Positions 33,418 through 36,924 of a stretch of 36,924 nucleotides of DNA are shown here, piece after piece. The DNA comes from an uncultured Eubacteriales bacterium (lineage in GTDB: Bacteria > Bacillota > Clostridia > Monoglobales > Firm-18), in the NCBI GenBank assembly GCA_905210885.1, contig CAJLYO010000001.1, forward strand, positions 1 to 36,924. The letters run 5' to 3'. The notes beneath the pieces were generated by a model. The model saw nothing but the letters and a program-made list of their open reading frames with translations. It did no database searches and was not told the DNA's origin. Position 1 is the first letter of the stretch. Each line of letters starts with the position of its first letter. The position numbers and the translations under genes are program-made.

Positions 33418-33960
33418 ATGTCAAGAATGAGAGAATTTTATGACAAAGAAGTAGCTCCGGCACTTATGAAAAAGTTCGAGTACAAAAGCCCCATGCAGAT
33501 ACCTAAAATCGTTAAGGTTGTTGTAAACATGGGTGTTGGTGACGCGAAAGACAATTCAAAAGCGCTTGATTCGGCTGCTGAAGATATGGCAAAAATAGTT
33601 GGTCAGAAGCCGGCTATAACACAGGCAAAGAAGTCCGTTGCGGCTTATAAAATCCGTGAGGGTATGAACATCGGCTGCAAGGCTACGCTCCGCGGCGACA
33701 GAATGTACGAGTTTATCGACAGACTGTTCAACGTTGCACTGCCCCGCGTACGTGACTTCCGCGGAATAAACGGCAATTCCTTCGACGGCAGAGGAAACTA
33801 TTCCTTCGGCGTAAAGGAACAGCTTATATTCCCCGAAATTGATTATGATAAGGTTGATAAAATCAGAGGTATGGACATTATTTTCGTTACCACTGCTTCA
33901 ACCGACGAAGAAGCTAAAGAGCTATTAACCCTTATGGGTGCGCCCTTTGCTCGTAATTAA
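33418..33960 (+). CDS. rplE: 50S ribosomal protein L5
   Basis: Contains [11 protein letters not shown] and fits the operon order. Confidence 0.97.
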   Translation: MSRMREFYDKEVAPALMKKFEYKSPMQIPKIVKVVVNMGVGDAKDNSKALDSAAEDMAKIVGQKPAITQAKKSVAAYKIREGMNIGCKATLRGDRMYEFIDRLFNVALPRVRDFRGINGNSFDGRGNYSFGVKEQLIFPEIDYDKVDKIRGMDIIFVTTASTDEEAKELLTLMGAPFARN

Positions 33961-33977
33961 CGGAGGAGGGAATTGTA

Positions 33978-34163
33978 ATGGCTAAAAAATCTATGGTTAT
34001 AAAACAGCAGAGAAAGCAGAAGTACAAGACTCGTGAATACAATCGCTGCAAGATTTGCGGCAGACCGCACGGTTATATCCGTAAGTACGGAATCTGCAGA
34101 ATTTGCTTCAGGAATTTGGCCCATCAGGGTGTTATTCCCGGTGTTAGAAAGGCAAGCTGGTAA
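33978..34163 (+). CDS. rpsZ: 30S ribosomal protein S14 type Z (zinc-binding, 61 aa)
   Basis: 61 aa with [22 protein letters not shown] (CxxC...CxxC). Confidence 0.96.
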   Translation: MAKKSMVIKQQRKQKYKTREYNRCKICGRPHGYIRKYGICRICFRNLAHQGVIPGVRKASW

Positions 34164-34215
34164 AATAAAAGTTTGTACGGATTGTTTTAAATAACAGTCG
34201 GAAGGAGGTTTCATA

Positions 34216-34614
34216 ATGCAAATCACAGATCCCATCGCAGATTTGTTAACAAGAATAAGGAACGCAAACAGCGCTCGTCATGAAACTGTTGAAGTTCCCG
34301 CATCAAATATGAAAAAGTCAATCGTTGAAATACTTTTTGAGGAAGGCTATATCAAAAAGTACGAAGTGATTGAAGACGGCAGACAGGGCATTATCAAAAT
34401 CTGGCTTAAGTACGGTGAAGGTAAAAAGCAGGTTATTGAAGGTCTTAAGAGAGTTTCAAAGCCCGGTCTTAGAGTTTACGTTTCAAGAGATGAGCTCCCC
34501 AGAGTTTTGAAGGGCTTGGGTATAGCTATTATCTCAACATCTAAGGGTGTTATGACAGACAAGCGCGCACGCCGTGAAAATGTCGGCGGCGAGGTTTTGG
34601 CGTTTGTTTGGTAA
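34216..34614 (+). CDS. rpsH: 30S ribosomal protein S8
   Basis: Starts [15 protein letters not shown]. Confidence 0.97.
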   Translation: MQITDPIADLLTRIRNANSARHETVEVPASNMKKSIVEILFEEGYIKKYEVIEDGRQGIIKIWLKYGEGKKQVIEGLKRVSKPGLRVYVSRDELPRVLKGLGIAIISTSKGVMTDKRARRENVGGEVLAFVW

Positions 34615-34662
34615 GATATTGGTTTTTACAATCAATATATTTAACGAGGAGGTGCAAATTAG

Positions 34663-35208
34663 GTGTCCAGAATAGGAAAAATGCCGATTACCGTTCCCGC
34701 AGGCGTTGACTTTAAGTTAGACGGTACAAAGGTTACGGTTAAGGGTCCTAACGGTACTCTTTCAAGAGAACTGCATAAGGATATGATAGTAAAATACGAG
34801 GGCGGCGTAGTTACGGTTGAACGTCCCTCAGACGATAAAGCTCACAGATCATTGCACGGTCTTACAAGAACACTTGTTGCAAATATGGTGACAGGCGTAA
34901 CGGAAGGTTACACAAAAACACTTGAAATCAACGGTGTAGGTTACCGTGCGGCTATGCAGGGCAAGTCATTAAACCTGACTTTGGGTTATTCTCACCCTGT
35001 AATCATGGAACCTGTTGAAGGTATTACAATCGAGGTTCCTCAGCCCAACACAATCGTTGTTAAGGGCGCTGACAAGCAGCTTGTAGGTCATGTGGCTGCG
35101 AAAATCCGCGAAAAGAGACCGCCTGAGCCGTACAAGGGCAAGGGTATCAAGTATTCTGACGAAGTTATTCGCAGAAAAGAAGGTAAAACAGGTGCTAAGA
35201 AGAAGTAA
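34663..35208 (+). CDS. rplF: 50S ribosomal protein L6
   Basis: GTG start; begins MSRIGK.PI.VP.GV. Confidence 0.97.
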   Translation: MSRIGKMPITVPAGVDFKLDGTKVTVKGPNGTLSRELHKDMIVKYEGGVVTVERPSDDKAHRSLHGLTRTLVANMVTGVTEGYTKTLEINGVGYRAAMQGKSLNLTLGYSHPVIMEPVEGITIEVPQPNTIVVKGADKQLVGHVAAKIREKRPPEPYKGKGIKYSDEVIRRKEGKTGAKKK

Positions 35209-35294
35209 TGCTTACTTTTTCGGCATAACGCAAATTTGGCTTGGCAGAGTGCTGTTAAGCCTCGAATGTGAATGAAACGAAAGGAGTAAAAAGC

Positions 35295-35657
35295 ATGATA
35301 AAGAAGATTGGCAGCAATGTCGCAAGAAAAAGACGCCACGCACGTGTTCGTAAAAAGATTGCAGGCACAACCGCTTGCCCCAGACTTAACGTGTACAGAA
35401 GTCTTAACAATATATATGCTCAGGTAATCGACGATTCCAAGGGCGTAACATTGGCATCCGCTTCAACTCTTGATGCAAGCTTAAAGGGAACTTACGGCGG
35501 CAACAAAGCTGCTGCAAGAGAAGTTGGCAAGCTGATTGCCGAGAAGGCTTTGGCTGCAGGCATTAAAGAAGTTGTATTTGATCGTGGCGGCTACCTTTAT
35601 CACGGTCGTGTTCAGGAATTGGCTGAAGGCGCACGTGAGGGTGGACTTGAATTCTAA
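35295..35657 (+). CDS. rplR: 50S ribosomal protein L18
   Basis: ATG 35295 follows AAAGGAG. Contains [14 protein letters not shown]...PRL.VYRS..NIYAQ.IDD. The track start at 35268 has no SD. Confidence 0.95.
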   Translation: MIKKIGSNVARKRRHARVRKKIAGTTACPRLNVYRSLNNIYAQVIDDSKGVTLASASTLDASLKGTYGGNKAAAREVGKLIAEKALAAGIKEVVFDRGGYLYHGRVQELAEGAREGGLEF

Positions 35658-35676
35658 TTAAGAAGAAGGTGAAAAA

Positions 35677-36207
35677 ATGGCAAACCAGATAGATGCACAG
35701 ACTTTGGATCTTAAAGAAAAGGTTGTAAAAATTAACCGTGTAGCTAAGGTTGTTAAGGGTGGTAGAACCTTCCGTTTTTCAACATTGGTTGTTGTCGGAG
35801 ACGAAAACGGTCATGTTGGCTGCGGCATGGGTAAGGCTGCCGAAATTCCGGACGCTATTCGTAAGGGTATAGAGGACGCAAAGAAAAATATGATAACAGT
35901 ACCTTTGGTAGGAACAACAATTCCCCACGAGGTTATCGGTAAGTTCGGCGCAGGTGAAGTTCTTTTGAAGCCTGCTAAAGAAGGTACCGGTGTTATCGCC
36001 GGCGGTGCTGCACGTGCTGTTGTAGAGCTTGCGGGTATCAGAGATATCCGTACAAAATCATTGCGTTCAAACAATTCACGCAATGTTGTAAGCGCTACAA
36101 TTGCAGGTCTTGCTTCACTTCGTGATGTTGAGGCTGTTGCCAAAACCAGAGGTATAACGGACGCTCAGGTTTTCAGAGGCAAGGGCGCTGCTGCATCAGC
36201 AGAGTAA
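35677..36207 (+). CDS. rpsE: 30S ribosomal protein S5
   Basis: Contains V..INRV.KVVKGGR.FRF..LVVVGD..G.VG.G.GKA. Confidence 0.97.
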   Translation: MANQIDAQTLDLKEKVVKINRVAKVVKGGRTFRFSTLVVVGDENGHVGCGMGKAAEIPDAIRKGIEDAKKNMITVPLVGTTIPHEVIGKFGAGEVLLKPAKEGTGVIAGGAARAVVELAGIRDIRTKSLRSNNSRNVVSATIAGLASLRDVEAVAKTRGITDAQVFRGKGAAASAE

Positions 36208-36219
36208 GGAGGAGTTATC

Positions 36220-36402
36220 GTGGCTAAAACATTAAAAGTAACACTTAAAAAGAGTGTTATCGGCTGTAAAGAAGATCAGATTGCAACCGTTCGCGCACTT
36301 GGTCTGCACAAGATCAGAAGCACAGCGGAGCATGCGGATAATCCTCAGATCAGAGGTATGATTAATAAGATCAGTCACTTGGTTGACGTTGAGGAGTTAT
36401 AA
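36220..36402 (+). CDS. rpmD: 50S ribosomal protein L30
   Basis: GTG start; 60 aa; contains L.VTL.KS.IG....Q..T...LGL.K. Confidence 0.95.
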   Translation: MAKTLKVTLKKSVIGCKEDQIATVRALGLHKIRSTAEHADNPQIRGMINKISHLVDVEEL

Positions 36403-36432
36403 TCGAAAAAACACAAAAGGAGGTGCGACAAA

Positions 36433-36873
36433 ATGAAATTATATGAATTGTCACCGGCTGAAGGTTCAAAGAAAGATCCCAAGAGAAAAGGCAGAGGCCA
36501 CGCAACAGGCAACGGCAAGACTGCCGGCAAGGGTCATAAGGGTCAGAACGCAAGAAGCGGCGGCGGTGTTCGTCCCGGCTTTGAAGGCGGTCAGATGCCT
36601 TTATACAGACGTTTGCCCAAACGCGGATTTACCAATATATTTGCTAAGAAGTATGTGTCAATTAACGTTGAAGAGCTTAACAGATTTGACGCAAACACAG
36701 AGGTTACTGCCGAGCTGCTTAAAGAAACAGGTGTAATTTCTAAGATTTGTGACGGAGTAGTAATCCTGGGCAGAGGTGAAATCGATAAAGCGCTTACCGT
36801 TAAGGCTGCAAGATTTTCAAAATCGGCTGAGGAGAAAATCACAAAGGCCGGAGGAAAGGCTCAGGTGATGTAG
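36433..36873 (+). CDS. rplO: 50S ribosomal protein L15
   Basis: Contains L.P..GS.K..KR.GRG..(S/T)G.GKT.G.G.KGQ.AR. Confidence 0.97.
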   Translation: MKLYELSPAEGSKKDPKRKGRGHATGNGKTAGKGHKGQNARSGGGVRPGFEGGQMPLYRRLPKRGFTNIFAKKYVSINVEELNRFDANTEVTAELLKETGVISKICDGVVILGRGEIDKALTVKAARFSKSAEEKITKAGGKAQVM

Positions 36874-36874
36874 T

Positions 36875-36924
36875 ATGTTTCAGACAATCAGAAACGCTTG
36901 GCGAATTCCTGATTTAAGAAAGAA
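36875..36924 (+). CDS. secY: Preprotein translocase subunit SecY, first 16 codons; the 3' end lies outside the window
   Basis: MFQTIRNAWRIPDLRK starts 1 nt after the rplO stop. Both the N-terminal pattern and the position after rplO are as expected for secY. Confidence 0.8.
   Translation, partial: MFQTIRNAWRIPDLRK

Noticed and set aside
35209-35294. The rplF-rplR spacer is somewhat long (86 nt) and holds a small GGCTT/AAGCC hairpin. The rpsJ-rplC spacer (27684-27769) is also 86 nt.
   Set aside because: The stems are short and weak with no U-tract, and the length is within normal variation for intra-operon spacers. This is not enough to propose a regulatory element.
1-36924. I checked the whole window for CRISPR repeats, tRNA or rRNA genes, IS or transposase genes, integrases and phage genes.
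   Set aside because: No regularly spaced direct repeats, no tRNA-like T-arm consensus in intergenic DNA, and no recombinase-like ORFs were seen. The window looks like core chromosome.

Overview
This window is chromosomal DNA from a spore-forming Firmicute of the class Clostridia; that assignment is inferred from gene content, because no taxon can be named from sequence alone. It is mostly core genome. The + strand carries a partial spoIIE, an operon running from an acyltransferase to an FAD protein (acyltransferase, MFS, PBP5-like, cdaA, cdaR, FAD protein), then yajC, a membrane protein, the SCIFF precursor and its maturase, a Udk-like kinase, a hemolysin III gene, T-box-controlled thrS, and the S10/spc ribosomal protein cluster from rpsJ to the start of secY. 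The - strand carries sigK, degV, rnj, spoIIR and a cimA-leuA-radical SAM-tatD-metG-rqcH block. I saw no rRNA, tRNA, CRISPR array, transposase or prophage signature. Three things stand out. First, a 48-codon SCIFF ranthipeptide precursor lies below the ORF-track cutoff, overlaps the stop of a small membrane protein, and is separated from its radical SAM/SPASM maturase by an intrinsic terminator. Second, a 450-nt gap after the cdaA operon holds two convergent consensus promoters, one shared 12-bp hairpin, a candidate ~87-nt RNA and small ORFs including a 24-aa hydrophobic peptide, which resembles a type I toxin-antitoxin or small membrane protein module. Third, a PBP5-like protein has its SxxK serine and KTG box replaced and is translationally coupled to cdaA-cdaR. 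Several ORF-track starts are corrected using Shine-Dalgarno (SD) spacing and overlapping regulatory structures. All functional calls come from motif recognition by eye; no database search was run.
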